This document shows positions 52,845 to 62,546 of a DNA stretch of 64,000 nucleotides, in pieces; the stretch's first letter is position 1, and each line of letters starts with the position of its first letter. Where the stretch lies: the NCBI GenBank assembly GCA_045595365.1, contig JAZOAI010000028.1:14621-78620 (forward strand), given 5' to 3'. The notes beneath the pieces were generated by a model. It saw only the letters and a program-made list of their open reading frames with translations, ran no database searches and was not told the origin of the DNA. A program made the position numbers and the translations under genes. Source of the stretch: Eubacteriales bacterium. Its GTDB lineage: Bacteria; Bacillota; Clostridia; Oscillospirales; JAAYXM01.

Positions 52845-53845
52845 TGTCCCACCGCCTCACGGACAGCAAAGACTGCCTTTGCAACATCGTCAAACTGGTC
52901 GGGAGTAAGTGACTGCGCCCCATCACAGAGAGCCCGTTTCGGGTCGTTATGCACTTCTATCATAATGCCGTCTGCTCCGCACGCGGCAGCGGCAAGCGCC
53001 ATCGGCTTTACGAGGCGCGATATTCCGCTTGCGTGGCTCGGGTCTACTACAACAGGGAGATGCGAAAGCTCCTTGAGCATCGGGACTGCGGAAAGGTCAA
53101 GCGTGTTTCGGGTGTATGTTTCAAATGTGCGGATTCCGCGCTCGCAGAGAATTATATTTTCATTCCCGCCCGCCATAATATATTCTGCGCTCATAAGAAG
53201 CTCTTTTAGGTTATTTGCAAGTCCGCGCTTTAAGAGGATTGTTTTGTTCGTTCTTCCAAGCTCTTTTAAGAGGTCAAAGTTCTGCATATTTCTCGCTCCG
53301 ACCTGGATAACGTCAACATTCTCAAAAAGCGGAAGGTGATTTGCGTTCATAATCTCCGTAACAATCGGCATCCCGGTAGCTTCCTTTGCCTCAAGAAGAA
53401 AATCAATCCCCTCGGCCTTGAGGCCCTGGAAATCATACGGCGAGGTTCTCGGCTTGAATGCACCGCCGCGAAGGAGCGTTGCGCCTGACTTCTTTACGGA
53501 ATTTGCAATTCCGAGAATCTGCTCCTCCGACTCAACCGAGCAGGGCCCCGCAATCAGCGCAAAATTACCTCCGCCGATTTTCACGCCGCCGGCATCGACA
53601 ACTGTATTTTCAGGATGAAACTTCCGGTTTGCGCTCTTAAACGGCTCGGTGATTCTCGTTACGCCCTGAACGATGTCAAGCCCTTCTATAAGCTCTACAT
53701 CTATATTGCTGGTATCGCCGATAAACCCGAGAACCGTCTGATATTCTCCCTCGGAAACGTGAACCCTGATATTCTGCTCATTGAGCCATGCGATGAGGTT
53801 ATCAACCTGCGCTTGCGGAACGTCCTTTTTCAGTATTGCTATCAC
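52841..53845 (-). CDS. aroF: 3-deoxy-7-phosphoheptulonate (DAHP) synthase, class I-beta with N-terminal regulatory domain
   Basis: A ferredoxin-like N-terminal domain followed by IAGPCSVES and RGGAFKPRTSPY motifs. Confidence 0.9.
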   Translation of the reverse strand: MIAILKKDVPQAQVDNLIAWLNEQNIRVHVSEGEYQTVLGFIGDTSNIDVELIEGLDIVQGVTRITEPFKSANRKFHPENTVVDAGGVKIGGGNFALIAGPCSVESEEQILGIANSVKKSGATLLRGGAFKPRTSPYDFQGLKAEGIDFLLEAKEATGMPIVTEIMNANHLPLFENVDVIQVGARNMQNFDLLKELGRTNKTILLKRGLANNLKELLMSAEYIMAGGNENIILCERGIRTFETYTRNTLDLSAVPMLKELSHLPVVVDPSHASGISRLVKPMALAAAACGADGIMIEVHNDPKRALCDGAQSLTPDQFDDVAKAVFAVREAVGQ

Positions 53846-53896
53846 AATGTTTTCCTCCTTATTTTATACGCTGAAATATCTTATAAAAACAAATAA

Positions 53897-53929
53897 AAGC
53901 TTTACAGTGATTTACTGCAAAGCTTTTTA
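53897..53929 (-). terminator. Terminator between the DUF975 gene and the aro operon
   Basis: The minus strand reads aaagctttgcagt-aaatc-actgtaaagcttt followed by a T-rich run. Confidence 0.6.
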
Positions 53930-54119
53930 AAAAGTTTTAACAAAAACTTCTCTTTCGAGCAACAGAAATCACTTTTACTTTTGTTTTGCAAAAAAGTAAA
54001 AGTAAAAGTAATAAAATATTGCTGATGCTGAAAGAGAAAGTGTCATTTTCGTACTCGCCTTTCTTTTTTTATGATTATATCACTGTGTTTTGCGTTTGTC
54101 AATGAGTTTTTGTTTATTT

Positions 54120-54941
54120 TTAAAGCTCAGCCGTCGCATCCTCTCCCGAGACTTGAGCGTCGCCGCGAAGATAGAAGAGAAAAGATGCATATACAGTCCC
54201 CGAAAGTGCGAAATAGACATAATACGGAAACATATACGTTGAGAAAAAATCCCATATAAAATATGACAGACGAAGCATAATACATTCCTTTGTCCGCCCA
54301 CGCATCAGCTCAATGCACTCACGAAGCGATGAAAATGCGCCGTTTTTCCCTTCTGCAAAAATGTAGCTTGCGAAGGCATATCTGCTGTTCCACAGAAGTG
54401 CAAACACAAATGCGACCGAAACGAGAAGGGTTGCAAAAAACGAAATAACCCTCGAATTTGCAATAATTCCCAAAACGATAAGCGCTATGGGGATGAGCAT
54501 AAAAACTACTGACCAGAACGAAGATATAAAGAACACAAGAAGCGTGAGCCAGACCGATGAAAACACGGTTTTAAGGCTTGCATACACCGAAAAGACAACT
54601 GAAATCTTCGGGCGGTGTCCTTTCGCAACCTCAAGGAAGAAGCGACAGACCCCTATCGAAAACGGCGACATAACAAAAAGATAGAGGAGGATTGTAACTA
54701 TAAGCGACACCGCCGTCTTTGCCGTAAAAACCTTCGGCAAAAACAGCTTGAGCAACGCAATGCCGTCATTTCCCGCGTTGATGATTTCTTCTACCAAAGG
54801 TGTGCGCAACGGAAGAAGCCTTGCTACAATCATAGTAAGAAATAACTGAATTGTGATAATCAGAAAGGTTTTAAGCCAGTTCCCCGCAAGAAGCCGGGAT
54901 GCCTCTGCTTTTATTTTTCGTCTTGCATAAGTTCGGTTCAT
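54120..54941 (-). CDS. DUF975-family integral membrane protein
   Basis: 273 aa and polytopic. The N-terminal RRKIKAEASRLLAGNW pattern is typical of DUF975, by recollection. Confidence 0.6.
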   Translation of the reverse strand: MNRTYARRKIKAEASRLLAGNWLKTFLIITIQLFLTMIVARLLPLRTPLVEEIINAGNDGIALLKLFLPKVFTAKTAVSLIVTILLYLFVMSPFSIGVCRFFLEVAKGHRPKISVVFSVYASLKTVFSSVWLTLLVFFISSFWSVVFMLIPIALIVLGIIANSRVISFFATLLVSVAFVFALLWNSRYAFASYIFAEGKNGAFSSLRECIELMRGRTKECIMLRLSYFIWDFFSTYMFPYYVYFALSGTVYASFLFYLRGDAQVSGEDATAEL

Positions 54942-54969
54942 TGTAGTTTTTTCTCCGCCTTTTGAAAAT

Positions 54970-56754
54970 TTATTGAGCTATCCAGTCGGGTGCCTCTCCT
55001 GCTTCCTCTTCGGATGTCTCTGCCTTCTCCTGCTGATTTGCAGTCGCCTCCTGGTTTATATCAGGAGTTTCCTGCTCTTTCTCCGGTGCCTCCTGAACAG
55101 GCCCCGCGGGAAGTTCTTCCTTTTCCTCTGTTTTAGGCGCTTCCGGCTCTGCTTTTTCTTCCGATTCCGGCGCAACTGTCGGTTTTGCCGCTCCGGCGCC
55201 TACAAGAACAATTTCGGGCATCGGTTTGTATTTTGAGTTGTTCTCAAGGTACGACTCGATGAGCTTTCCGTTTTTGTCATATACGTTTCTGTAAACCGTC
55301 ATAGAAAGGCCTTCCTGCCCCTTCTGGTCCACCTTTCTCTCCCCTGCTGCGAGAAGAGAACTCTTTTTTTCCTGGGTGGTAAACGGCGTTGTTGAATGAG
55401 TCTTCTTCGTGAGCTTTACGGTAACCTTCTCATCAGGCTCGGTTCCCATAAGCCGGATTCTTATATAGTTATTCTTTGAAGTTGCGACGATTTTAACCGG
55501 ATATTCGCTTGTGTTTTTAAAGCGGAAGTCAATTGACCCGTAAACAACGGTTGCATCCTCGCCTTTGGGCGCATAGTCAACATAGAACGAATGATTTCTT
55601 CGCTCGGTTATCTTCATATTAGCGCGAAGCGCCGCCATATAGAGAGTTGATGAGACCTGGCAGATTCCGCCGCCGATGCCGTCAACCACCTCGCCCTGGG
55701 CGAAAATCGCGGCGGCTTTAAAGCCTCTCTCAGAGGTTCTCGGGCCTACGGTTTTGTTGTAGGAAAACTCCTCGCCGGGATTTAAAATTGTTCCGTTGAT
55801 GAGGCTTGCGGCAAGGCGGACATTTGCGGTTCTCTCAACCTTCTTCGGGCTGAAATGAGTTTCAACCTCTGCAAGGCAGTATTTAAAAAGGTTTATCTCA
55901 AGGTGCTTTGTATATACCTTCGGCTCCGTAATTGAAAGCGGGATTCTTATAACCTCACCGGGGGTCTTATCATATGCAGCTCTCGCAGCTTCAAGGTCAA
56001 AGTCAACACCGAGAACGTGCGGGATAATCTTGTTCCCGTCCTCTCCCTTTTCGAGGTATGCGTCTTTGACCTCTGTATGAACCTCGGAATAAACCTTGTC
56101 TATGTCAAGAGCGACCGACGGCGCAACCTCTCTCTCAAAGGAGAGGTCAGCATAGTCCTCCTCTGCAAAGGCTTTTGAGATTGTCTCAAGTGCCGCTTCG
56201 AGGTTAATTTTCTTTCCGTCAGTGCGCGGATGAAGAATGAGGACATCCTCTTCGATTGTATACGCGGCATCAACCGGCGCTACATCATATTTTGCAAGCT
56301 TCTTTGAAAGCTCCTCGCGCGCCGATTCTTCCATATTGACAGAAACACCGACATCAACGCCGCCGAAGATTGTTTTTAAAACATCATAAATTCTTCGGAA
56401 AAAACCGTTTTCGTGGCCCACTGCCGCTGCCTTCTTTGCTATATCGGCAGACGGGAAAGAAAGCCCGAGTTCCTTCGCCGTGACATCGAAAGTTTCAAAG
56501 TCTTCAAGGGAGATTTTGAGCTGCGCATCGGAATATCTGTCACCGCAGGAAGCATCAAGCAAACCGGCAGCTTCTGCTTCGGTCTTCCCCGAAAGGAAAA
56601 TCCCCCCTGCAGACACACCCGGAAAAATGCATGTGTAGGCATAGGTGTAGATGACAAGTGCAACAAAAAGCGCAAGCATAACCCCAAAAACTGATGCGGA
56701 GATAATAGCTGCCTTTGAAGCTTTGATGTTCCCAAATAATTTCATCTTACTCAA
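54970..56754 (-). CDS. VanW-family protein with C-terminal G5 domain and acidic tail
   Basis: N-terminal TM anchor, VanW core GGGICQVSSTLYMAAL, and a G5-like segment before an E/P/A-rich tail. Confidence 0.8.
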   Translation of the reverse strand: MSKMKLFGNIKASKAAIISASVFGVMLALFVALVIYTYAYTCIFPGVSAGGIFLSGKTEAEAAGLLDASCGDRYSDAQLKISLEDFETFDVTAKELGLSFPSADIAKKAAAVGHENGFFRRIYDVLKTIFGGVDVGVSVNMEESAREELSKKLAKYDVAPVDAAYTIEEDVLILHPRTDGKKINLEAALETISKAFAEEDYADLSFEREVAPSVALDIDKVYSEVHTEVKDAYLEKGEDGNKIIPHVLGVDFDLEAARAAYDKTPGEVIRIPLSITEPKVYTKHLEINLFKYCLAEVETHFSPKKVERTANVRLAASLINGTILNPGEEFSYNKTVGPRTSERGFKAAAIFAQGEVVDGIGGGICQVSSTLYMAALRANMKITERRNHSFYVDYAPKGEDATVVYGSIDFRFKNTSEYPVKIVATSKNNYIRIRLMGTEPDEKVTVKLTKKTHSTTPFTTQEKKSSLLAAGERKVDQKGQEGLSMTVYRNVYDKNGKLIESYLENNSKYKPMPEIVLVGAGAAKPTVAPESEEKAEPEAPKTEEKEELPAGPVQEAPEKEQETPDINQEATANQQEKAETSEEEAGEAPDWIAQ

Positions 56755-56876
56755 ACCCCTGTTTTCTTTGTGTCGGAATAACTTTTTCTACATTATATAG
56801 TATATCTTTTCGCAGATATAATTTCAACTACATATTTGTAACTTTTTTAATTATTTGGGATATTTTTATATACCGG

Positions 56877-56906
56877 TTGCAAAATTTCCCATATTTATGT
56901 TATACT
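56877..56906 (+). promoter_or_regulatory. Candidate sigma-A promoter of metG
   Basis: TTGCAA - 18 nt - TATACT, 37 nt upstream of the metG ATG. Confidence 0.5.
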
Positions 56907-56942
56907 AACTTCGTACAGTTTAACAGAAAGAGGAATTTGATA

Positions 56943-58862
56943 ATGGAGCAGAAAAAATTTTATATCACGACTGCCATTGCATACACATCAAGAAAGCCTC
57001 ATATCGGAAACACCTATGAAGTCGTTCTCACCGATGCGATTGCGAGATTCAAGCGTTCAATGGGATATGATGTTTTCTTTCTCACTGGAACAGATGAGCA
57101 CGGGCAGAAAATTGAAGATATTGCAAAGGAAATCGGCGTCACTCCGAAGGAATATGTTGACGGTGTCGCCGGCGAGATAAAAGATATCTGGGATATGATG
57201 AACTCAAGCTACGACAAGTTCATCCGCACAACTGACGATTATCACGTTGACGCCGTTCAGAAAATTTTTAAGAAGCTCTACGACCAGGGTGATATATACA
57301 AGGGCGAATATGAAGGCTGGTACTGTGTTCCATGTGAATCTTTTTTCACCGACACTCAAATCGAAAACGGCGTTTGCCCCGATTGCGGCCGCCCCGTCAA
57401 AAAAACCAACGAAGAGGCTTACTTCTTCAAAATGAGCAAGTACCAGGATGCCCTCATGCGCCATATTGAGGAAAATCCGGACTTTATCCAGCCTGAAAGC
57501 CGAAAGCGCGAAATGGTAAACAACTTCTTAAAGCCGGGGTTGCAGGACCTCTGTGTTTCGCGTTCTTCTTTCAAATGGGGTGTCCCCGTTACATTTGACG
57601 ACAAGCACGTTATTTACGTCTGGATTGATGCGCTTTCAAACTACATCACCGCGCTCGGGTATTCTCCCGACGGCTCGGGCGAGCTTTATAATAAATACTG
57701 GCCGGCAGATGTCCATATCATAGGCAAGGATATTCTCCGCTTCCACACGATATACTGGCCGATTATGCTTATGGCTCTCGGCGAGCCTCTTCCAAAAAAG
57801 GTTTTTGGCCATCCCTGGCTTCTTTTCGGAACGGATAAGATGAGCAAATCAAAAGGCAATGTCATTTATGCTGATGACCTTGTCCGTCATTTCGGAGTCG
57901 ATGCAGTCCGTTACTATGTCCTCCGTGAAATGCCGTTTGCGCAAGACGGGACAATTACCTACGAAACCATTATCGCGCGTTTCAATGCCGACCTTGCAAA
58001 CACTCTCGGAAACTTAGTCAACCGTACTGTTGCCATGGCGAACAAGTATTTTGGCGGAAAGGTTACATACAAAAACGTATGTGCCGATTGTGATGCGGAC
58101 CTTAAAGCAACGGCGATCTCCGCACGCGCAAATGTTGAGTCAAAAATGAACGAATACCGCGTTGCAGACGCGCTTGAGGAAATCATCTCCCTCGCCCGCC
58201 GCAGCAATAAGTATATTGACGAAACCGAGCCGTGGGCACTTGCAAAGGATGAGGCAAAGCGTGACCGCCTCGAGACCGTTCTTTTCAATCTTCTCGAAGC
58301 TATCCGATTTATCGGAACTCTCCTGAATCCGTTTATGCCGGAAACTGCAGACAAGATTATTTCACAGATTGGCGCGGACAGGTGCAAAATCTCCGACCTC
58401 TCTGATTTTGCGGAATGCGGTGAAAAGACTGTCGGCACCGCCGAGGTTCTCTTCGCGAGAATTGACGAGGCTAAAAAGCTTGAAGAGCTTGCCGAGGAAA
58501 ACGCTGCTCCCAAGCGCGAAGTCGCCCCGTATAAAGACGAAATTTCAATTGACGATTTTGACACGGTTGACCTCCGCGTTGCAAAGGTTGTCGCGTGTGA
58601 GCCTGTTCCGAAATCCGACAAGCTTCTCCGCATAATCGTCAACACAGGCGAAGCCGAGCGCCAGATTGTTTCCGGAATCGCCAAAGAATACAAGCCTGAG
58701 GACCTTATCGGAAGAAAGATCATTCTTGTTTCCAACTTAAAGCCCGCAAAGCTCCGCGGAGTTGAGAGCAACGGAATGCTCCTCGCCGCAGATATGCCGG
58801 ATGGCGGCTGCAAGGTTATCTTCGCTGACGATGCAATCGAAGAAGGCTCACAGATTCATTAA
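56943..58862 (+). CDS. metG: Methionine--tRNA ligase (with C-terminal tRNA-binding domain)
   Basis: HIGN (HIGH-type) and KMSKS motifs, a CPDC zinc knuckle and a C-terminal EMAP/Trbp111-like domain. ATG at 56943 behind aagagga. Confidence 0.95.
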   Translation: MEQKKFYITTAIAYTSRKPHIGNTYEVVLTDAIARFKRSMGYDVFFLTGTDEHGQKIEDIAKEIGVTPKEYVDGVAGEIKDIWDMMNSSYDKFIRTTDDYHVDAVQKIFKKLYDQGDIYKGEYEGWYCVPCESFFTDTQIENGVCPDCGRPVKKTNEEAYFFKMSKYQDALMRHIEENPDFIQPESRKREMVNNFLKPGLQDLCVSRSSFKWGVPVTFDDKHVIYVWIDALSNYITALGYSPDGSGELYNKYWPADVHIIGKDILRFHTIYWPIMLMALGEPLPKKVFGHPWLLFGTDKMSKSKGNVIYADDLVRHFGVDAVRYYVLREMPFAQDGTITYETIIARFNADLANTLGNLVNRTVAMANKYFGGKVTYKNVCADCDADLKATAISARANVESKMNEYRVADALEEIISLARRSNKYIDETEPWALAKDEAKRDRLETVLFNLLEAIRFIGTLLNPFMPETADKIISQIGADRCKISDLSDFAECGEKTVGTAEVLFARIDEAKKLEELAEENAAPKREVAPYKDEISIDDFDTVDLRVAKVVACEPVPKSDKLLRIIVNTGEAERQIVSGIAKEYKPEDLIGRKIILVSNLKPAKLRGVESNGMLLAADMPDGGCKVIFADDAIEEGSQIH

Positions 58863-58879
58863 AAATATACTCTATGATA

Positions 58880-58920
58880 ACACACAACCTCTGTGCAAAT
58901 ATTGCACAGAGGTTGTGTGT
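58880..58920 (+). terminator. Rho-independent terminator of metG
   Basis: 19-bp stem acacacaacctctgtgcaa / ttgcacagaggttgtgtgt followed by ttgtg. Confidence 0.7.
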
Positions 58921-59027
58921 TTGTGTAGCAACATAAAGCCTTAACTTTAGTAATATTATATACTACTTTATACTACTTATCAATACATTATCTTATTTTG
59001 TGATATATTATGTATTGAGGTGATATT

Positions 59028-59174
59028 ATGAGACCTTTGAAAGAAAAGATTAGCATCACGATAGACAGCGATTTGCTTGAAAATTTGAAAGCTGAAGCAG
59101 ATAGGGACGAGCGTTCTCTTTCGCAATACATTAATCTCATCCTTCGCCGGCATATTGATGCTAAAAAGAAGTAA
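59028..59174 (+). CDS. Small ribbon-helix-helix (CopG-like) protein, below the ORF-track size cutoff
   Basis: 48 aa (MRPLKEKISITIDSDLLENLKAEADRDERSLSQYINLILRRHIDAKKK) with a gaggtg RBS. The beta-strand-helix-helix pattern is typical of RHH regulators and antitoxins. Confidence 0.6.
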   Translation: MRPLKEKISITIDSDLLENLKAEADRDERSLSQYINLILRRHIDAKKK

Positions 59175-59198
59175 AAGAAAGCAGAAGGCCTTGTGTAA

Positions 59199-59720
59199 AT
59201 GGAACTGCCAAAACGAAAACCAACAAGATTAAAAGGATATGATTATTCACAAAATGGTGCATATTTTATTACGATATGTACGCATAACAAAAAACATTTG
59301 TTTTCAAATATTGTAGGGGCGATTCACGAATCGCCCGAAAATAAATTAACGCAATATGGAGATTTTGTAGAACAAATTATCGAAATATTGCCTGACAGAT
59401 TTAATGTGTCAATTCCTAAATATGTTATTATGCCAAATCACATCCATTTGATTATAGAAATTTACAATGATGATGAAAAACGAGCGATTCGTGAATCGCC
59501 CCTACAATACCATCGTTCTATTATTGATAAAATGGTAGGATTTCTGAAAATGAATGTGTCAAAGAAAATTCATAGTAAACACTCTGATGAAATATGGCAA
59601 CGCTCATATCACGACCACGTAATTCGTGGCGAAAAAGATTACAAAAAGATATGGGAATATATTGATACAAATGTTATAAGATGGGAAAAGGATTGTTTTT
59701 ATAATGGCGAAAGGTCGTAG
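59199..59720 (+). CDS. REP-associated tyrosine transposase-like protein (IS200/IS605 Y1 family, RAYT-like)
   Basis: YFITICTHNKKHLF, the HUH-type motif NHIHLII, and the catalytic-Tyr region RSYHDHVIR. Confidence 0.8.
   Translation: MELPKRKPTRLKGYDYSQNGAYFITICTHNKKHLFSNIVGAIHESPENKLTQYGDFVEQIIEILPDRFNVSIPKYVIMPNHIHLIIEIYNDDEKRAIRESPLQYHRSIIDKMVGFLKMNVSKKIHSKHSDEIWQRSYHDHVIRGEKDYKKIWEYIDTNVIRWEKDCFYNGERS
59309..59334 (+). repeat. Left arm of 26-bp perfect inverted repeat inside the RAYT-like CDS
   Basis: tattgtaggggcgattcacgaatcgc. Its reverse complement occurs at 59484-59509. Confidence 0.9.
59484..59509 (-). repeat. Right arm of 26-bp perfect inverted repeat inside the RAYT-like CDS
   Basis: gcgattcgtgaatcgcccctacaata. 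Confidence 0.9.
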
Positions 59721-59789
59721 TGAATTTCACTACGACCTTTTACTGTCCTTTATAGCATTCCTATAAGCGGCGCGTTTCTCATTCAATGG

Positions 59790-60150
59790 TGTGCGAGCAG
59801 GCCTGTAAGCCGAGTTCTGTCTTGAACGGTCATCTATCTACGCGACGTGTTGCCACGGCGCTCAAGCCACCTTCCCGAGGACAGCCGGGCCAGCCTTAAG
59901 TCCTCCTATGCGGTGTTGCTCCGGATAGAGTTTGCAGGATGAGTCAGTTCCCTGCTCACCCGTGAGCTCTTACCTCACGTTTCCACCCTTACCGAAAAAA
60001 CTTTCGCTTTTTCGGCGGTATATCTCTGTTGCACTTTTCCTGAAGTCGCCTTCGGCGGGCGTTACCCGTTATCCTTGCCCTGTGGAGCTCGGACTTTCCT
60101 CATGCGCCGCCTTTCGGCATATGACGCATGCGACCATCCGGCCTACTCGC
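59790..60150 (-). ncRNA. rnpB: RNase P RNA (bacterial, class A-like)
   Basis: The minus strand contains GAGGAAAGTCCGAGCTCCACAGGGCA, GGGTAACGCC, AGTGCAACAGAGA and ACAGAACTCGGCTTACAG. P1 pairs gagtaggcc with ggcctgctc. Ends are approximate (+/-10 nt). Confidence 0.85.
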
Positions 60151-60201
60151 AAAAATTATTATAATTCAAAATCAAAGTCGTTGTCAAGACAAAGGCATCA
60201 T

Positions 60202-61320
60202 TTAGCTCCGCCTTATATCAAACACAGAGCTTAACACAGCCCAGTTCTGTGGAAACGGCCGCATAAGATTCCAGTACCCCGCACCGAAAAGGCGGTACTC
60301 CTCAATGAGCGAAAGCTTTGCAAGAATGCTTCTTGCATCTTCAAAATGCACCTCGTGCAAAACGCCGTCGGCGGCGGTGTAGTTGAAATACGGGCTTTGG
60401 GAGACCGTATTAAAAAGTATTTCAACTCCATACTCCCGCGCAAGCTCCACTGCACGCACATTCGATATCGACTGCGCCCGCGTCTGCCCCTGTACAAACG
60501 GCAGTGGCCAGTCGTAGCCGTAGTTCGGGATGCCGAGATATATCTTCTCCGGTGGAATCACGGTCAGGGCATATTCGATAACCGCGCGCACGTTTGGTAT
60601 CGGCGCAACGGCTCTCGGTGGGCCGTAGGTGTACCCCCATTCATACGTCATCAAAAGCACATAATCCGCAGCCGCGCCGAGAAGCGCATAGTCGTGCCCT
60701 TCATAGAGAAGCCCGCGTTGCTGAGGCGATGTTTTCGGCGCAAGCGCAACTATGACCGTTTTTCCCTCGGCAGCAAGCCTTGTTCGGAACTCCCCTACAA
60801 GCTCGGCGTAGGCCTCGGCGTTGCCGGCAGAGATATATTCAAAGTCTATATCAAGCCCCGAGTATCCCTTTTCATCAATGGTTGCAATAACGTTTTCAAG
60901 AAGGTTCGCCCTTGCGACTTCGTTATTTAACACAGCATCGGCAAGAGCGCTGTCAAAGCCCCCGTCCTCTGTCAGCGTGGACAGATGCATAAGCGCGGTG
61001 GTGTTATATTCGCGCGCAAGGGCGAGCAGCGCGCCGTCATCCAATTCCACAAGCTCCCCCGCCGCCGTGAAGCCGTATGTAAACGGCACGAGGTATGTAT
61101 TAAACGGCAAAACCTGCCTGAGAAGCTCGGCATCAATAAACGGATAGGCATACCCATAGACCGATGCCGTATACCTCGGTGTATCCGCAGGGGAGGTTAT
61201 TACCACCGTCTGCCCCACGACAAGACCTTCACTCAGAGGAATCTGGTTTATCACAGAAAGCTCACGCGCGCTTACTCCAAAAGCTTCGCCGATGCTCGTG
61301 AGCGAGTCTCCCGGACTCAC
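60202..61320 (-). CDS. LysM-domain glycoside hydrolase family 18 protein (YaaH/SleL-like)
   Basis: N-terminal LysM (SPGDSLTSIGEAFGVSARELSVINQI) and the GH18 catalytic motif GLDIDFEY. The only in-frame start is the GTG at 61320, far from the gagaggag RBS, so the start is uncertain. Confidence 0.75.
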   Translation of the reverse strand: MSPGDSLTSIGEAFGVSARELSVINQIPLSEGLVVGQTVVITSPADTPRYTASVYGYAYPFIDAELLRQVLPFNTYLVPFTYGFTAAGELVELDDGALLALAREYNTTALMHLSTLTEDGGFDSALADAVLNNEVARANLLENVIATIDEKGYSGLDIDFEYISAGNAEAYAELVGEFRTRLAAEGKTVIVALAPKTSPQQRGLLYEGHDYALLGAAADYVLLMTYEWGYTYGPPRAVAPIPNVRAVIEYALTVIPPEKIYLGIPNYGYDWPLPFVQGQTRAQSISNVRAVELAREYGVEILFNTVSQSPYFNYTAADGVLHEVHFEDARSILAKLSLIEEYRLFGAGYWNLMRPFPQNWAVLSSVFDIRRS

Positions 61321-61503
61321 AACATAAATTTCTATAATGCATCACTCCTCTCACCAATATATGCCTTTTCCCATGCTTTCATAACGACAGATTTTGTTTT
61401 TTTATTTTTTTTGCAGAAAAAGTTAAAAAATAGCTTGATTTTTGCACGATAATATGATATTATCTATTTTGCTATTTAATGCATAGCGAAAGAGGTGAAT
61501 TTC

Positions 61504-61713
61504 ATGAAGGCAGGTATCCATCCTGATTATAAGCAGACAACAATTACCTGTGCATGCGGCGAGGTTATAGAAACAGGCTCTACAAAGGAGAACATCAAGG
61601 TCGAAATTTGCTCCAAGTGCCATCCGTTCTACACCGGCAAGCAGAAGCTCGTTGATACGGGCGGCCGCGTCGATAGGTTCAACAAAAAGTTCGGTTTGTC
61701 CCAGGATAAGTAA
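61504..61713 (+). CDS. rpmE: 50S ribosomal protein L31
   Basis: MKAGIHPDY... with a CxxG...[10 protein letters not shown] zinc motif. ATG at 61504 behind agaggtg. Confidence 0.95.
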   Translation: MKAGIHPDYKQTTITCACGEVIETGSTKENIKVEICSKCHPFYTGKQKLVDTGGRVDRFNKKFGLSQDK

Positions 61714-61735
61714 TTATCTTTGTGTCAGAGCTTAT

Positions 61736-61764
61736 GCCGAAGCTGTTTTCAGCTTCGGTTTTTG
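61736..61764 (+). terminator. Terminator of rpmE
   Basis: Stem ccgaagctg / cagcttcgg with loop tttt, followed by ttttt. Confidence 0.75.
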
Positions 61765-61798
61765 TTGTATTCCGAGATATTTTTCGAGGTGAAAATAT

Positions 61799-62458
61799 AT
61801 GGTTGATTTGAAGAATGACTGGAACGAAATTCTAAAAGATGAATTTTCAAGCGAATATTATCAAAAGCTCCGCGCATTTCTGCGCCGCGAGTATTCAGAG
61901 TATAGAATCTTTCCCGAAATGCAGGATATATTCACAGCTCTCCGCCTGACGTCGTATTGTGAGACGCGCGTTGTCATTCTCGGGCAGGACCCCTACCACG
62001 GCGAAGGCCAGGCGCATGGGCTTGCCTTTTCCGTAAAAGACGGGGTTGCGATCCCGCCGTCACTCCGAAATATGTATAAGGAGATTTATGACGAAACAGG
62101 AAACGTTCCACCCGAGTCGGGAAACCTCACGCGCTGGGCAGAGCAGGGCGTTCTTCTTCTTAACACCTCGCTCACGGTCCGCGAGGGTCAGGCAAACTCG
62201 CATCGCGGGTGTGGATGGGAAACGTTCACGGATGCGGTCATAAAAAAGCTCAATGAGCGCGATAAGATGGTTGTCTTTCTCCTGTGGGGCAGAAATGCAA
62301 AAGAAAAGGAATCCCTTATCACAAACAAGCTCCACAAGGTTTTTACCGCCGCTCACCCAAGCCCGCTCTCCGCTCATAACGGCTTTTTCGGTTGCGGTCA
62401 CTTCAATGCGGCTAACCGCGAGCTTGTCCTCGCGGGCGAAATGCCAATAATATGGTAG
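61799..62458 (+). CDS. ung: Uracil-DNA glycosylase
   Basis: GQDPYHG water-activating loop, and the HPSPLS motif present as AHPSPLSA. Confidence 0.95.
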   Translation: MVDLKNDWNEILKDEFSSEYYQKLRAFLRREYSEYRIFPEMQDIFTALRLTSYCETRVVILGQDPYHGEGQAHGLAFSVKDGVAIPPSLRNMYKEIYDETGNVPPESGNLTRWAEQGVLLLNTSLTVREGQANSHRGCGWETFTDAVIKKLNERDKMVVFLLWGRNAKEKESLITNKLHKVFTAAHPSPLSAHNGFFGCGHFNAANRELVLAGEMPIIW

Positions 62459-62490
62459 AAATATAAAAGTGGCTATTTTTCTAAAGCAAC

Positions 62491-62530
62491 AAAGGGTTTG
62501 TAGCAAAATGCATTTTGCTACAAACCCTTT
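62491..62530. terminator. Bidirectional terminator between ung and tkt
   Basis: Perfect 40-nt palindrome aaagggtttgtagcaaaatg/cattttgctacaaacccttt. Confidence 0.7.
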
Positions 62531-62546
62531 TATTGTATTTGAATTT

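Noticed and set aside
53846-54119. Possible T-box or attenuator leader upstream of the aromatic amino-acid operon; also checked upstream of metG (56755-56942)
   Set aside because: I could not find the conserved T-box sequence (…GGTGGTACCGCG…) or a specifier-loop architecture on the relevant strand. The single strong hairpin at 53897-53929 is adequately explained as the terminator of the upstream DUF975 gene.
59932-60234. 100-aa ORF on the plus strand
   Set aside because: It overlaps the RNase P RNA gene (conserved rnpB motifs on the minus strand). No RBS is present and the translation is Pro/Ser/Arg-rich.
61321-61345. Possible frameshift or pseudogene at the 5' end of the LysM-GH18 gene
   Set aside because: The LysM domain seems to begin a few codons upstream of the only in-frame start (GTG 61320), and the good RBS is about 25 nt away. 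The downstream ORF is intact, however, and a non-canonical start (ATT/ATA) cannot be excluded. There is not enough evidence to call a pseudogene.
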